Assembly (NCBI GenBank): GCA_963422735.1
Contig: OY730476.1
Location: forward strand, 256,001 to 320,000
Source of the DNA: Candidatus Latescibacterota bacterium
GTDB lineage: Bacteria > Latescibacterota > UBA2968 > UBA8231
Direction of reading: 5' to 3'
Length of the DNA: 64,000 nucleotides
A program made the translations under genes and the position numbers. Below, in pieces: positions 45,970 through 55,418 of the stretch. Under the pieces are notes generated by a model that worked only from the letters and a program-made list of their open reading frames with translations, was not told the origin of the DNA and did no database searches. Within the stretch, counting starts at the first letter, position 1. The number at the start of each line of letters is the position of its first letter.

Positions 45970-46509
45970 ATGGCATCTGTGCAAATCATCACCATCAGCG
46001 GCCTGCCCGGCAGCGGCACCAGCACCGTCAGCGGCTTGCTCTGTGCACGGCTGGGCTGGGCGTACATCAACGCAGGTGCGTTTTTTCGCCAACTAGCCCA
46101 AGAGGCAGGGCTGAGCTTGGCCGAGTTTGGCCAGCAGGCCGAAGCCAATGGCTGCATCGACCGCCAGCTCGACGCGCGCATGGTGGCGCAAGCGCGGGTG
46201 CGTGCGCCGGTCGTCGTCGAGGGGAGGCTCACCGGCTGGATGGCGCACCGCCACCGGCTGGCGGCCGGCAAAGTTTGGCTGGCGGCTGCGCCCGATGTGC
46301 GGGCCGGGCGGGTGGCACAACGGGAGGGGGAGACGGCGGCAGAGATGCTGGTGGGAATGCGCCAGCGCGAAGGGAGCGAAGCCCTGCGCTTCCGGGCACA
46401 TCACGGCATCGACATGGGCGACCTGTCGATTTACGATGTGCTCATTGCGACGGACGACATGGGGGCTGAGGCGGTCGTTGAGCGGGTCGTAGCCCACTAT
46501 GCAGCATAG
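45970..46509 (+). CDS. cmk: Archaeal-type (d)CMP kinase
   Basis: IITISGLPGSGTST, G..FR..A, ID..LD, EGRL.GW, RE.SE..R and D.SIYD. Confidence 0.8.
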   Translation: MASVQIITISGLPGSGTSTVSGLLCARLGWAYINAGAFFRQLAQEAGLSLAEFGQQAEANGCIDRQLDARMVAQARVRAPVVVEGRLTGWMAHRHRLAAGKVWLAAAPDVRAGRVAQREGETAAEMLVGMRQREGSEALRFRAHHGIDMGDLSIYDVLIATDDMGAEAVVERVVAHYAA

Positions 46510-46553
46510 CGTTGCTTTTTGCGGCGGCCTGATTGACATTTGGCTTTACCCTT

Positions 46554-46800
46554 CGGACTTTCCTAGAATCTGGGCTGTTTAATCAGTGGTTAGTGGTTAG
46601 TGGTTAGTGGTTAGTGGTCCGTGGTTAGTGGTCCGTGGTTAGTGGTCCGTTCCATCCGCCCCCTTGGCGACGGGTACCCGGCGACCGGCCCCGGAACATC
46701 GACGCGGGGGACCGCGCTGGTCCGGACGAAGGCTACGGGCATGCCGAGTGATACCGCCTACATGAAACCTGAATCCCCAACCGTACACTAGGAAAGTCCG
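46554..46800 (+). mobile_element. MITE-like element, copy 1 (247 bp, nine heptamers)
   Basis: Perfect 13-bp inverted ends CGGACTTTCCTAG/CTAGGAAAGTCCG; about 90% identical to the inverted copy at 57506-57710; YMGTGGT array at 46584-46646. Confidence 0.8.
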
Positions 46801-46843
46801 CTAAAGAATTCACAGGGGCCGGCGAGGACGGCCGCGCACTGCC

Positions 46844-48043
46844 ATGAGCGTACAACAGCGCCATATCTTGCTCGGGGTCACCGGCGGCATTGCCGCGTAC
46901 AAGACGCCGGAGATCGTGCGGCTGCTGACGGCTGGCGGGGCCGAGGTGCGGGTAGTGCTGACCCGCGCGGCTGGCGAGTTCGTCGCGCCCAAGACTTTGG
47001 AGGTACTTTCCCGCCATTTGGTGTACACCGACTTGTTCAGCAGCGACGCGGAATTTCCCGTTCTGCACGTGGGGTTAGCTGAGTGGGCCGACTTGATTTT
47101 GGTGGCCCCGGCTACGGCGCACTTCTTGGGGCGCGTAGCCGGCGGCTTGGCCGACGACTTGCTCACCTCGGTGTTGTTATGTGCGGACGTGCCCGTCCTG
47201 CTGGCGCCGTCGATGGAGGAGAATATGTTCGCCAATGCCGCGGTCGAGGCCAATGTGCAGACCTTGGCGAGTCGGGGATTCCACCTGCTTGACCCAGGGG
47301 TGGGGCCTTTGGCGTCGGGTGCAGTTGGCCGCGGGCGGATGCCCGAGCCGACAGGATTGGTCGCGGCGGTCGCGGCGCATTTTAGCGGCGACTTGGATGG
47401 GCTGAAGCTGCTGGTAACGGCCGGACCCACGGTCGAGGACCTCGATCCGGTGCGCTTTATTTCCAATCGCTCGTCGGGCAAGATGGGCTATGCGATAGCC
47501 GCGCGAGCTGCTGTGCGCGGGGCACGCGTGTGGCTGGTTTCCGGGCCGACCGCACTGCCAGTGCCCTCTGGCGTGGAACGGCAGTTGGTGCGCTCGACGC
47601 TCGACATGCAGCGCGCCGTCGAAGCCTTGTTTGAGCGAGTGGATGGGGCGATTTTGGCGGCGGCCCCGGCCGACTACCGCGCCAAGGAGGTGGCCGCGCA
47701 AAAAATCAAGCGCGGCGCAGCGACCCGCTCTATCGAGTTGGTAGAAAACCCGGATCTTGCCGCCGGGCTAGGCCAGCACAAGGGCCAGCGATTGCTGGTC
47801 GTCTTTGCAATGGAGACGGAAAAGGGGCCGGAGCGGGCGCGGGAGAAGCTGGCGCGCAAAGGGGGCGACTTAATCGTGCTCAACATGCTCAACGACGAGG
47901 GAGCTGGTTTCGCCGGCGACACCAACCGCGTTACTCTGTACGACGTTGCCGGCCGCGAGGAAGCCCTGCCCCTGTTGAGCAAATCCGCAGTCGCCGACCG
48001 CATCCTCGACTGGGTGCGGGCGCGCCGGGAAGCGGTTGTTTAA
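46844..48043 (+). CDS. coaBC: Phosphopantothenoylcysteine decarboxylase/ligase
   Basis: GVTGGIAAYK, APATA, TAGPT.E..DPVRFISNRSSGKMG and AAPADYR. Confidence 0.95.
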   Translation: MSVQQRHILLGVTGGIAAYKTPEIVRLLTAGGAEVRVVLTRAAGEFVAPKTLEVLSRHLVYTDLFSSDAEFPVLHVGLAEWADLILVAPATAHFLGRVAGGLADDLLTSVLLCADVPVLLAPSMEENMFANAAVEANVQTLASRGFHLLDPGVGPLASGAVGRGRMPEPTGLVAAVAAHFSGDLDGLKLLVTAGPTVEDLDPVRFISNRSSGKMGYAIAARAAVRGARVWLVSGPTALPVPSGVERQLVRSTLDMQRAVEALFERVDGAILAAAPADYRAKEVAAQKIKRGAATRSIELVENPDLAAGLGQHKGQRLLVVFAMETEKGPERAREKLARKGGDLIVLNMLNDEGAGFAGDTNRVTLYDVAGREEALPLLSKSAVADRILDWVRARREAVV

Positions 48044-48067
48044 CCCATACTTAGTGAAGGTGTCGCC

Positions 48068-48751
48068 ATGGAAGAGCAAAGCACAGACGCATTGGCCCAA
48101 GCTAGGCGCTATCTATCCGATTTAGTGGCTTTTGAAGGGACTCAATTTACAGCACCGGAGTTGGTTGCCGCACCTAGTCCGGAGGAACCAGCGGTCGGGG
48201 ATTTGGAGGCTTTTCGCCGCCAGATTTGCGATTGCACCCGCTGTCGGTTGGGTGCGACGCGGCAGCAGTTTGTGTTTGGCAGCGGCGATCCAGCGGCCGG
48301 GATTATGTTCATCGGCGAGGCCCCGGGGGCCGAGGAAGACCGCGCGGGCCAACCCTTTGTGGGGAAAGCCGGTCAACTACTGACCAAGATCATCGAGGCT
48401 ATGGGCCTATCCCGCGACGCGGTCTATATCTGCAACATACTCAAGTGCCGCCCGCCTAATAACCGCGACCCCCTGTCCGATGAAATCGAGCAGTGCGAGC
48501 CATATCTCAAGCACCAGATCGAGATCGTCCAGCCCCGCGTCATCTGCACCTTGGGCCGCTTTGCCGCGCAAACCCTGCTCCGCAGCCGCGAGCCCATGGG
48601 CCGCTTGCGCGGCCAGTCGCACCACTACGAGGGCATCCCCTTGGTCGCCACGTACCACCCGGCGGCCCTCTTGCGCAACCCCCAGTGGAAGCGCCCGACT
48701 TGGGAGGACGTCAAGCGGGTGCGGAAGCTCTACGACGGGGTTGATCTCTAA
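48068..48751 (+). CDS. Family-4 uracil-DNA glycosylase
   Basis: C..C.L, IGEAPG, PFVG.AG, KCRPP.NR.P and TYHPAALLR. Confidence 0.93.
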   Translation: MEEQSTDALAQARRYLSDLVAFEGTQFTAPELVAAPSPEEPAVGDLEAFRRQICDCTRCRLGATRQQFVFGSGDPAAGIMFIGEAPGAEEDRAGQPFVGKAGQLLTKIIEAMGLSRDAVYICNILKCRPPNNRDPLSDEIEQCEPYLKHQIEIVQPRVICTLGRFAAQTLLRSREPMGRLRGQSHHYEGIPLVATYHPAALLRNPQWKRPTWEDVKRVRKLYDGVDL

Positions 48752-48769
48752 ACTTTTTGGAGCTAAACC

Positions 48770-50158
48770 ATGACCCAGAGTCCAGCGGAGGCGCAGGATC
48801 TCGGGCGAATGCCGCCACAGGCCGTAGAGGTCGAGCAGGCCGTGCTTGGGGCGATGATGCTAGAGCAGCGGGCCATTGGCCGCGCCATTGAAATCCTCGA
48901 CAAAAACGAAGGCTGTTTCTACCACGCCCCGCACGGTCGGATATTCGAGGCCATGAAAACCCTGTTTGAACAGGGTACGGCGGTCGATCAGCTAACCTTG
49001 ACCGAGGAACTCAAGCGCCGCGGCCAACTCGACGACATTGGCGGGGTCGTCTATCTGGCCAAGCTATCGTCTGAAGTGGCCACGGCGGCCAATATCGACT
49101 TCCACGCGCGGATCGTTTTGGAGAGGGCGCTGAGCCGCAAATTGATCGAGGCCGCCAGCGGGATCATCGAGTGGGCGTACGCGGCCGACGAGGACGTCCA
49201 GACCCTGATCGACCGGGCCGAGCAGCAGCTTTTCAGCCTGAGCGAAAACCAACTCGGCGCGGGCTTCGAGCCGCTGACTAAGGTAATGGGCGATGCGTTC
49301 GAGCACATTGAGCGCATTCACGCGAAGACGGGTACGGTTTTGGGGGTGGATACGGGCTTTGCCGCTCTCAACGAGCTGACGTCGGGCTTTCAGAAGGGCG
49401 ACTTGGTCATCCTCGCGGCGCGGCCCAGCGTTGGCAAGACGGCTCTCGCGCTGACGCTGGGCCGCAACGCGGCCGTGGAGGCTGGCGTCGGGGTGGCGAT
49501 TTTCAGCTTGGAAATGTCTAAGATGCAACTGGCCCAGCGCCTGCTCAGCGCGGAGACCAAGGTCGATCTGCACAAGCTCCGCACCGGCCGGCTGCGCGAA
49601 GAAGACTGGATCCACCTAACGCGCAATATCGACCGCTTGGCCCAAGCGCCGATCTACATAGACGACACCCCTAGCATCTCGGTGCTCGAAGCGCGGGCCA
49701 AGGCGCGGCGGCTGCAACGCGAGTACGGGATCGGCCTAGTCGTGATTGACTATCTTCAGCTCATGAGCGGTCATTCTAGAGCACAGAGCCGCGAGCAGGA
49801 GATTTCGCATATCTCGCGCGGCCTCAAGGCCATGGCCAAAGAGTTGGACGTGCCGGTTTTGGCCTTGTCGCAGTTGTCGCGCGCTGTAGAAAGCCGCACA
49901 GACCGGCGGCCGCAGCTATCGGACCTGCGGGAGTCGGGCAGCTTGGAGCAGGACGCCGATGTGGTGATGTTCATCTATCGCCCTGATATGTACGGGCTCA
50001 AGTCTCCAGACGGCGAAAGCCTTGAAGGCGTTGCCCAAATCATCATCGGTAAGCAGCGCAACGGCCCTGTTGACTCGGTGGATTTGATGTGGAACAAGGA
50101 AAGTGCCACGTATGAGGCGATGGCACCCGGATGGCGAGCGGAGCCGGAAGAATATTAG
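48770..50158 (+). CDS. dnaB: Replicative DNA helicase
   Basis: AARPSVGKT, FSLEM, IDYLQL, LSQLSR and LSDLRESGSLEQDAD; no intein. Confidence 0.97.
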   Translation: MTQSPAEAQDLGRMPPQAVEVEQAVLGAMMLEQRAIGRAIEILDKNEGCFYHAPHGRIFEAMKTLFEQGTAVDQLTLTEELKRRGQLDDIGGVVYLAKLSSEVATAANIDFHARIVLERALSRKLIEAASGIIEWAYAADEDVQTLIDRAEQQLFSLSENQLGAGFEPLTKVMGDAFEHIERIHAKTGTVLGVDTGFAALNELTSGFQKGDLVILAARPSVGKTALALTLGRNAAVEAGVGVAIFSLEMSKMQLAQRLLSAETKVDLHKLRTGRLREEDWIHLTRNIDRLAQAPIYIDDTPSISVLEARAKARRLQREYGIGLVVIDYLQLMSGHSRAQSREQEISHISRGLKAMAKELDVPVLALSQLSRAVESRTDRRPQLSDLRESGSLEQDADVVMFIYRPDMYGLKSPDGESLEGVAQIIIGKQRNGPVDSVDLMWNKESATYEAMAPGWRAEPEEY

Positions 50159-50167
50159 TCGGATCCC

Positions 50168-51169
50168 ATGTTCATCGACGAAGTGACCATCACGGTGGAG
50201 TCGGGCCATGGCGGTAGTGGCTGCTGTTCGTTTCGGCGCGAGAAGTACGTGCCGCGAGGCGGGCCGGACGGGGGCGACGGGGGCGACGGGGGCGACGTAA
50301 TTTTCCGTGTCGATTCCCAACTCAACACGCTGCACGACTTTCGCTATCAACGCCACATCCGCGCCGGTCGCGGTGCCCACGGCGAGGGCAAGCACAGGAC
50401 GGGCCAGCGCGGCGAGCATGTGGTCATCTGCGTACCGCCGGGCACCATCTTGCGCGACGAAAGGGGTGTGCTGATCCGCGACATGGTCGAGGATGGGCAG
50501 GAGTTGGTGCTGCTGGCGGGTGGGCGCGGGGGCCGGGGCAATGCCCGTTTTGCCACGGCTCGCGTACAGGCCCCACGGCGCGCCGACCCCGGGAAGGAGG
50601 GCGCGCAAATGATGGTGCGGCTCGAGCTGAAGTTGCTGGCGGATGTAGGATTGGTGGGCTTCCCCAACGCGGGCAAATCCACGCTGCTGGCGCGGCTTTC
50701 CGCGGCCCGTCCCAAAATTGCCGACTATCCCTTTACGACTTTGGAGCCGAACTTGGGGATTGTGCAGTGGGCCGAGGGCGAGAGTTTTGTGTTGGCCGAC
50801 TTGCCTGGGCTGATCGAGGGGGCGCACGCGGGCAAGGGTTTGGGTACGCGGTTTTTGCGCCACATCGAGCGCACCCGCATCCTGCTGTTTGCCATTGATT
50901 GCACCAGCCCGGACCCGTGCGGCGAGCTGGAGGCCCTCCGCGGCGAGTTGGATGCCTTCGACGCTGGGATGCGGCACAAGCCCGCTGGCATTGCGCTGAC
51001 TAAGGCCGACTTGCTAGGGCCGGACACGGAGTTCAAAGACCCTTTTGCCGACCTGCGCGCCCCGCGTTTTTTGGTCTCGGCCGTCAGTGGTCGTGGAGTG
51101 CCCCAGATGCTGCGCGATGTGGGACAGGCGGTGAAGAAATTGCGCGCTGCGGGGCAAAACGACCCATGA
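50168..51169 (+). CDS. obgE: GTPase Obg
   Basis: FRREKYVP.GGPDGGDGG, GFPNAGKST, DYPFTTL and DLPGLIEGA. Confidence 0.96.
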   Translation: MFIDEVTITVESGHGGSGCCSFRREKYVPRGGPDGGDGGDGGDVIFRVDSQLNTLHDFRYQRHIRAGRGAHGEGKHRTGQRGEHVVICVPPGTILRDERGVLIRDMVEDGQELVLLAGGRGGRGNARFATARVQAPRRADPGKEGAQMMVRLELKLLADVGLVGFPNAGKSTLLARLSAARPKIADYPFTTLEPNLGIVQWAEGESFVLADLPGLIEGAHAGKGLGTRFLRHIERTRILLFAIDCTSPDPCGELEALRGELDAFDAGMRHKPAGIALTKADLLGPDTEFKDPFADLRAPRFLVSAVSGRGVPQMLRDVGQAVKKLRAAGQNDP

Positions 51170-52359
51170 GGGACTTCGCGGAACCGCTGCCCCAAGCATC
51201 CCTGAACATCGAAGGGAAGAAGCGTTCCAATATTTTTGCGTGGCGAGGACAGTTTTCTCCGCAACTCGTCGAATCCCTGCTTGCGGGGTACTGTCCTCCA
51301 GATTCGGTCGTTGTCGATCCATTTGCCGGAAGCGGGACCGTTCTCCACGAAGCAGCTCGCAAATCTCTTCCAGCATTCGGATTTGAGATAAACCCGTCGG
51401 CGTGGTGTTTCAGCAAGCTCTACGAACTCTCCGCCGCGTCTCAAGAAACGCGGCGGGAAGCGACCTTGGAGCTCCAAGACCAGATAAATCGGGAATTTCC
51501 GCTCGTCCTCTTCACCGAGGATCGCGAATTGGGAGAAGAAGAGGTTAAAGAAAAGGTGATTCGCATGGGTGCATCGCTCAGCGCACGGGCCAAAATCATC
51601 TGCAATGCACTGGTCGTTTTGCTGGACATCTACAAAAACCGCGTCTCCAGCGATTTCGTGCAGAGTCGGTTCGGCTCTTTGATGTCGCTGATACGGAGGT
51701 TGCCGCTTGCAGATCGCCCGATCAAGGCAGAGCTACAGGACGCGAGGGCACTCTCCCTTCCCAATCGGTCGGTCGATTTCGCAATCACGTCGCCGCCTTA
51801 CATCAACGTCTTCAACTACCACCAAAACTACAGGCACTCGGTCGAGTTGCTCGGATGGGATCTGCTGCGCGTCGCACGGTCTGAAATCGGCTCTAATCGC
51901 GCCAATCGCTTTTGCACGGTGGTGCAGTACTGCATCGACATGGGCGGTGCGTTGCAGGAATTGGCCCGCATCCTCTGCCCCGGCGGCCGCGCCATACTGA
52001 TTCTCGGGCATCAATCCAAGGTGCTGGGGACTCCCTTTTTTAATGCGGACATCGTCGCACGGATCGCCTGCGAATCAGGGCTATTCGGCCTTGCCCTCTG
52101 CCAACAGCGCGTCTTCAAGAATCGCTATGGTGAGCCGATCCGAGAGGGTGTGCTGAGCCTACGGAAAGAGTCAGATGGGAACGCCGCCATGCCTCTCACT
52201 CTGGGAAGAAGCGTGGCTCGTGATTTCCTATGCTCGGCTTTGCAGCGAGTCCCGGAGAAGAACAAGGATCTGCTGGTTGATGCTATTGATCGCATCGACC
52301 CGCTCGAAGGAACGCCAATTTTTGACAGCTCGTCCTATGCCCAATACCAGACTAGATAA
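51166..52359 (+). CDS. Amino (likely N4-cytosine) DNA methyltransferase
   Basis: W.GQFSPQL, DPFAGSGT, EINP and TSPPY; start overlaps the obgE stop. Confidence 0.85.
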   Translation: MRDFAEPLPQASLNIEGKKRSNIFAWRGQFSPQLVESLLAGYCPPDSVVVDPFAGSGTVLHEAARKSLPAFGFEINPSAWCFSKLYELSAASQETRREATLELQDQINREFPLVLFTEDRELGEEEVKEKVIRMGASLSARAKIICNALVVLLDIYKNRVSSDFVQSRFGSLMSLIRRLPLADRPIKAELQDARALSLPNRSVDFAITSPPYINVFNYHQNYRHSVELLGWDLLRVARSEIGSNRANRFCTVVQYCIDMGGALQELARILCPGGRAILILGHQSKVLGTPFFNADIVARIACESGLFGLALCQQRVFKNRYGEPIREGVLSLRKESDGNAAMPLTLGRSVARDFLCSALQRVPEKNKDLLVDAIDRIDPLEGTPIFDSSSYAQYQTR

Positions 52360-52376
52360 GGAAGGTAAGTAAGCGG

Positions 52377-53215
52377 ATGAATAGTGAGACAATGGCTTTA
52401 CCGACGCCGCATCGAAATAAGCTCAAAGCCCTCCTTAAGAACAAACGTCCAGGGCCAAGTAGAAGAAGCACTTCGGCGCTATCGCGACTGGATCGGCGAG
52501 ATTGTGGCGGTGGAGAGAGGGCAACAAGATGCGGTTCAACGACTCGTGGAAGCGACCAATCGGTACAGAAATTTTATCGACTTAGATCTAAGGGCAGTTA
52601 AAGCTCGACAATACGATCATTGAGGAGTTTCTGCCGCATTTGTTCTACCGGGGATTGAGCTTGAGGAATGACATTTTCGAGCTAGGCCCGCGCCAAACGT
52701 TTGCCGGTTTGGGCTTTGCGTCGTCGCTGGCGGATCCGGGAACTGGGGGTCGTCCCCGGCTCAGGACTAAGAATCTGTACATGACATGATGCTGTCTTTC
52801 GACGAAAATTTTCGCGATGCTGAGCGCGTAGAGTCGCATCTAGGACATGTTTGCGCGGAATGCAAGACCAATCTCGATAAAACGATGTTTCAAGAGGCCG
52901 TAGCTACGAGCAGGGACCTGAAGACTGCTGTCCCTTCTTCCCTCTATTTCCTCATATGCGAATTTCTGGACATGACGCCGGTTTCTCTTTCAACGACGCA
53001 TATCGACGATGTTCTAATCGTCAGAAAGGCGAAGCGGATGTCGGGAATACCGGACGGCAGACGAGAGACAAGCTCGCAGAGACGAGTACGTCCATTTCCT
53101 GAAATCATCGGAGTACCATGCGGACGTATTTCAGCGCATAATCGACAAAGTTCAGTGCGTCCTAGATGAGTCGGGACCGGAAACGCACTACGTGCTGAAT
53201 CGAGGGTATTTTTGA
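52377..53215 (+). pseudogene. Bpu10I-family restriction endonuclease, multiply frameshifted
   Basis: PTPH..KL, GQLKLDNTIIEEFLP, ECKTNLDKTMFQEA, CEFLDMTP and VL.RGYF* spread over several frames. Confidence 0.8.
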
Positions 53216-53249
53216 TTGCCTGGAAATAGATCGCGAACAGGCGCGTCCA

Positions 53250-54092
53250 TCATCGAAAGCCGAGAAAGCGCCGGGCGGTCTCGCCCATGATGAGCCGGTG
53301 CTGATGGCTGCTCAGGTCGGGCAAAAGGTGGTCGAGGACCTCGACGCACTCGCCGTAGCCGGGGTCGGCTACAATCCAAGGAAAATCCGAAGCCCACAGC
53401 AGGCGTTCGGAACCAAAGGCAGACAGCAAGCTGCGGTGCCAAGCGGCCAAGTCGAGATAGGGATAGGCCGCCTTACTCATGGCGTATTGGCCCGACAGGT
53501 GGACGCGGACATTGGGCGAATCGGGCGCGGGTCCGAGGAACCCGGTTGGCGGCGGCATTGCCACGTCGATCTGCGGGCGGCCCTTGGCATCCCAAGTAAA
53601 CCGGTCCTCGCGTGGGCAGACCATGAGGTGATTGATCACGACGCGCACTTGGGGAAAGGCGGTGAGGAACTGGGGCAGCAGCGGGGCGGAAGCGGCGCGC
53701 AGGTAGAGCCAGAGCACGTAGCCCTTGCGGGCGGCGTGTTCCCATATAGGACGGGAAAAGTCGCCGAGCGAGCGGAGCCGGAAGCCGATGACAGAGCCGT
53801 CTTCAGCGAGGCGATCCATGTGGTCGGCGGGCGCGGCCGCGTCGGGCGGTATCAAGCCAATGCCCAAGAAGCGGTCGGAATAAGTGCGCAGGCAGTGTTG
53901 TAAATAGGCGTGATGCGCGAGGCTGGTGCCGCCGGTTTGCACGAGCACGGCCTTGTCGATGGCGCAGGCGGCCATGTGCGCCAAGAGATCCTCGACGGGT
54001 GCTTCGCGCTCGGCGGGCATACTCGGGGTGATCTCACGCGGGAACTCGGCGCTGGGGCGGGCGAAGACGTGCAGATGGGAGTCAATACGCAT
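53250..54092 (-). CDS. Amidohydrolase_2-family protein
   Basis: IDSHLH, AVLVQ, GFRL, INH, FG..RL.WASDFP and GETA. Confidence 0.88.
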   Translation of the reverse strand: MRIDSHLHVFARPSAEFPREITPSMPAEREAPVEDLLAHMAACAIDKAVLVQTGGTSLAHHAYLQHCLRTYSDRFLGIGLIPPDAAAPADHMDRLAEDGSVIGFRLRSLGDFSRPIWEHAARKGYVLWLYLRAASAPLLPQFLTAFPQVRVVINHLMVCPREDRFTWDAKGRPQIDVAMPPPTGFLGPAPDSPNVRVHLSGQYAMSKAAYPYLDLAAWHRSLLSAFGSERLLWASDFPWIVADPGYGECVEVLDHLLPDLSSHQHRLIMGETARRFLGFR

Positions 54093-54190
54093 AGTTTTAT
54101 TGGGTTGGGATGAGGTTTAAGTAAAAATGGATAAGACAGCCTCCATGGACAAGGCGGCTGCGCCGTGCGTGAAACAGGTGAGAGGGAAGG

Positions 54191-54413
54191 GTAGCCGCGC
54201 TGCAACGGGGCGATTACCACCTGCTGCGGACCGGGATGCAAGATCGGTTACACCAGCCCTATCGAACGGCCTTGTCCCGGGGATGGAGCCCAGCGGCGGG
54301 GCGCAGAGGTGGCTGGTGCCATGCAGCAGGCGTGGACTGAAGAGGGAATTGCCGTGCGAACCTTGGTTCTCGGCCTCGCCGCCGAGGGCGTGCAATGCGT
54401 GAAAGAGAGGTGA
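54191..54413 (+). pseudogene. thrB: Homoserine kinase C-terminal remnant
   Basis: VAALQRGDYHLLRTGMQDRLHQPYR..LVPGM (frameshift), then EVAGAMQQAW...VRTLVL....EGV*; the N-terminus and SGAGP motif are missing. Confidence 0.7.
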
Positions 54414-54414
54414 T

Positions 54415-55416
54415 ATGGTCAGCGAAGCCGCGCTCATAGACGACATGACGACCCCGACACCCGAAGTCGTGGCGGCCGTGCGCCAGTTGGATGGCCCCAT
54501 CCTGCTGCTGGGGGTCAGCGGCAAGATGGGGCCGACCTTGGCCGAGCTATTGGTGCGGGCTGGAGCGCAGCAGGTGGTGGGGGTAGCGCGCTTTGCGGAT
54601 GCGGAAAAGCAGCGCTACTTGGAGAGCGTCGGCGTACAAACCATTGCTTGCGACCTGCTTGCCGACGAGGTGCTGAAGGGGCTGCCCGATGCGCCCAACG
54701 TCATCTTGCTCGCCGGATTTAAGTTTGGAGCCACTGGCAATGAAGATGCGACTTGGGCGGTGAATGCCGCGTTGTCCGGTGCGGTGATGGTGCGCTACGC
54801 ACAGTCGCGGATCGTCTATGTGAGTTCCGGCAATGTGTATGCATATACCAAGGCCCCGGGGGCCGGGGCGGACGAAGACGGGGCTTTAGGGCCGGTGGGC
54901 GAATACGCCCAATCGCGCTTGGGCGGCGAGCGAATCGCCCAGTACGCGTCGCGGGTACGGGGGACGCCCTTGGTCATTGCACGGCTGTTTTACGCCACCG
55001 AGCCGCGCTACGGCATCATCCGCGATCTGGCCGATAAGGTGTGGCAGCAAGAGCCGATTGACCTGACTATGGGGTACGTCAACCAAATTTGGCAGGGCGA
55101 TGCCAACGCCTATCTGTGCCGCTTTTTCCCCTTGTGCCACAGCCCGGCCGACGTCATCAACCTGACCGGCCCGGAGACCTTAGCCGTGCGCGAGTTAGCC
55201 GAACAGCTAGGGCAGATCATGGGCAAAAAGCCCCGCTTCACGGGCACGGAGGCCCCGGACGCCCTCTTGGGGAATAGCCGGCGCTTGTGCGCGGAATTTG
55301 GCCGGCCGTGCGTCGGCCCGGAGCAGATGCTGCACACTGTGGCCGAGTGGGTCATGGCCGGCGGCCCGAGCTTGGGTAAGCCGACCCGATACGAATCTCG
55401 CAGCGGGACGTTCTAG
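54415..55416 (+). CDS. NAD-dependent epimerase/dehydratase
   Basis: LGVSGKMG, KFG, SSGNVY, GEYAQS..G.E and VNQIWQGDAN. Confidence 0.85.
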   Translation: MVSEAALIDDMTTPTPEVVAAVRQLDGPILLLGVSGKMGPTLAELLVRAGAQQVVGVARFADAEKQRYLESVGVQTIACDLLADEVLKGLPDAPNVILLAGFKFGATGNEDATWAVNAALSGAVMVRYAQSRIVYVSSGNVYAYTKAPGAGADEDGALGPVGEYAQSRLGGERIAQYASRVRGTPLVIARLFYATEPRYGIIRDLADKVWQQEPIDLTMGYVNQIWQGDANAYLCRFFPLCHSPADVINLTGPETLAVRELAEQLGQIMGKKPRFTGTEAPDALLGNSRRLCAEFGRPCVGPEQMLHTVAEWVMAGGPSLGKPTRYESRSGTF

Positions 55417-55418
55417 CA

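Noticed and set aside
44831-46646. Heptamer arrays as a CRISPR array
   Set aside because: Units are 7 bp and contiguous with no unique spacers; no cas genes in the window.
46650-46790. Compensatory base changes proving RNA structure in the MITE body
   Set aside because: The apparent paired changes close only very short stems; two copies are insufficient evidence.
48770-50158. Intein in DnaB
   Set aside because: Length (462 aa) and motif spacing are normal.
51120-53250. Direct repeat flanking the Bpu10I-like cassette (ACAGGCG or CCAT)
   Set aside because: Too short and not placed consistently at the junctions; could be chance.
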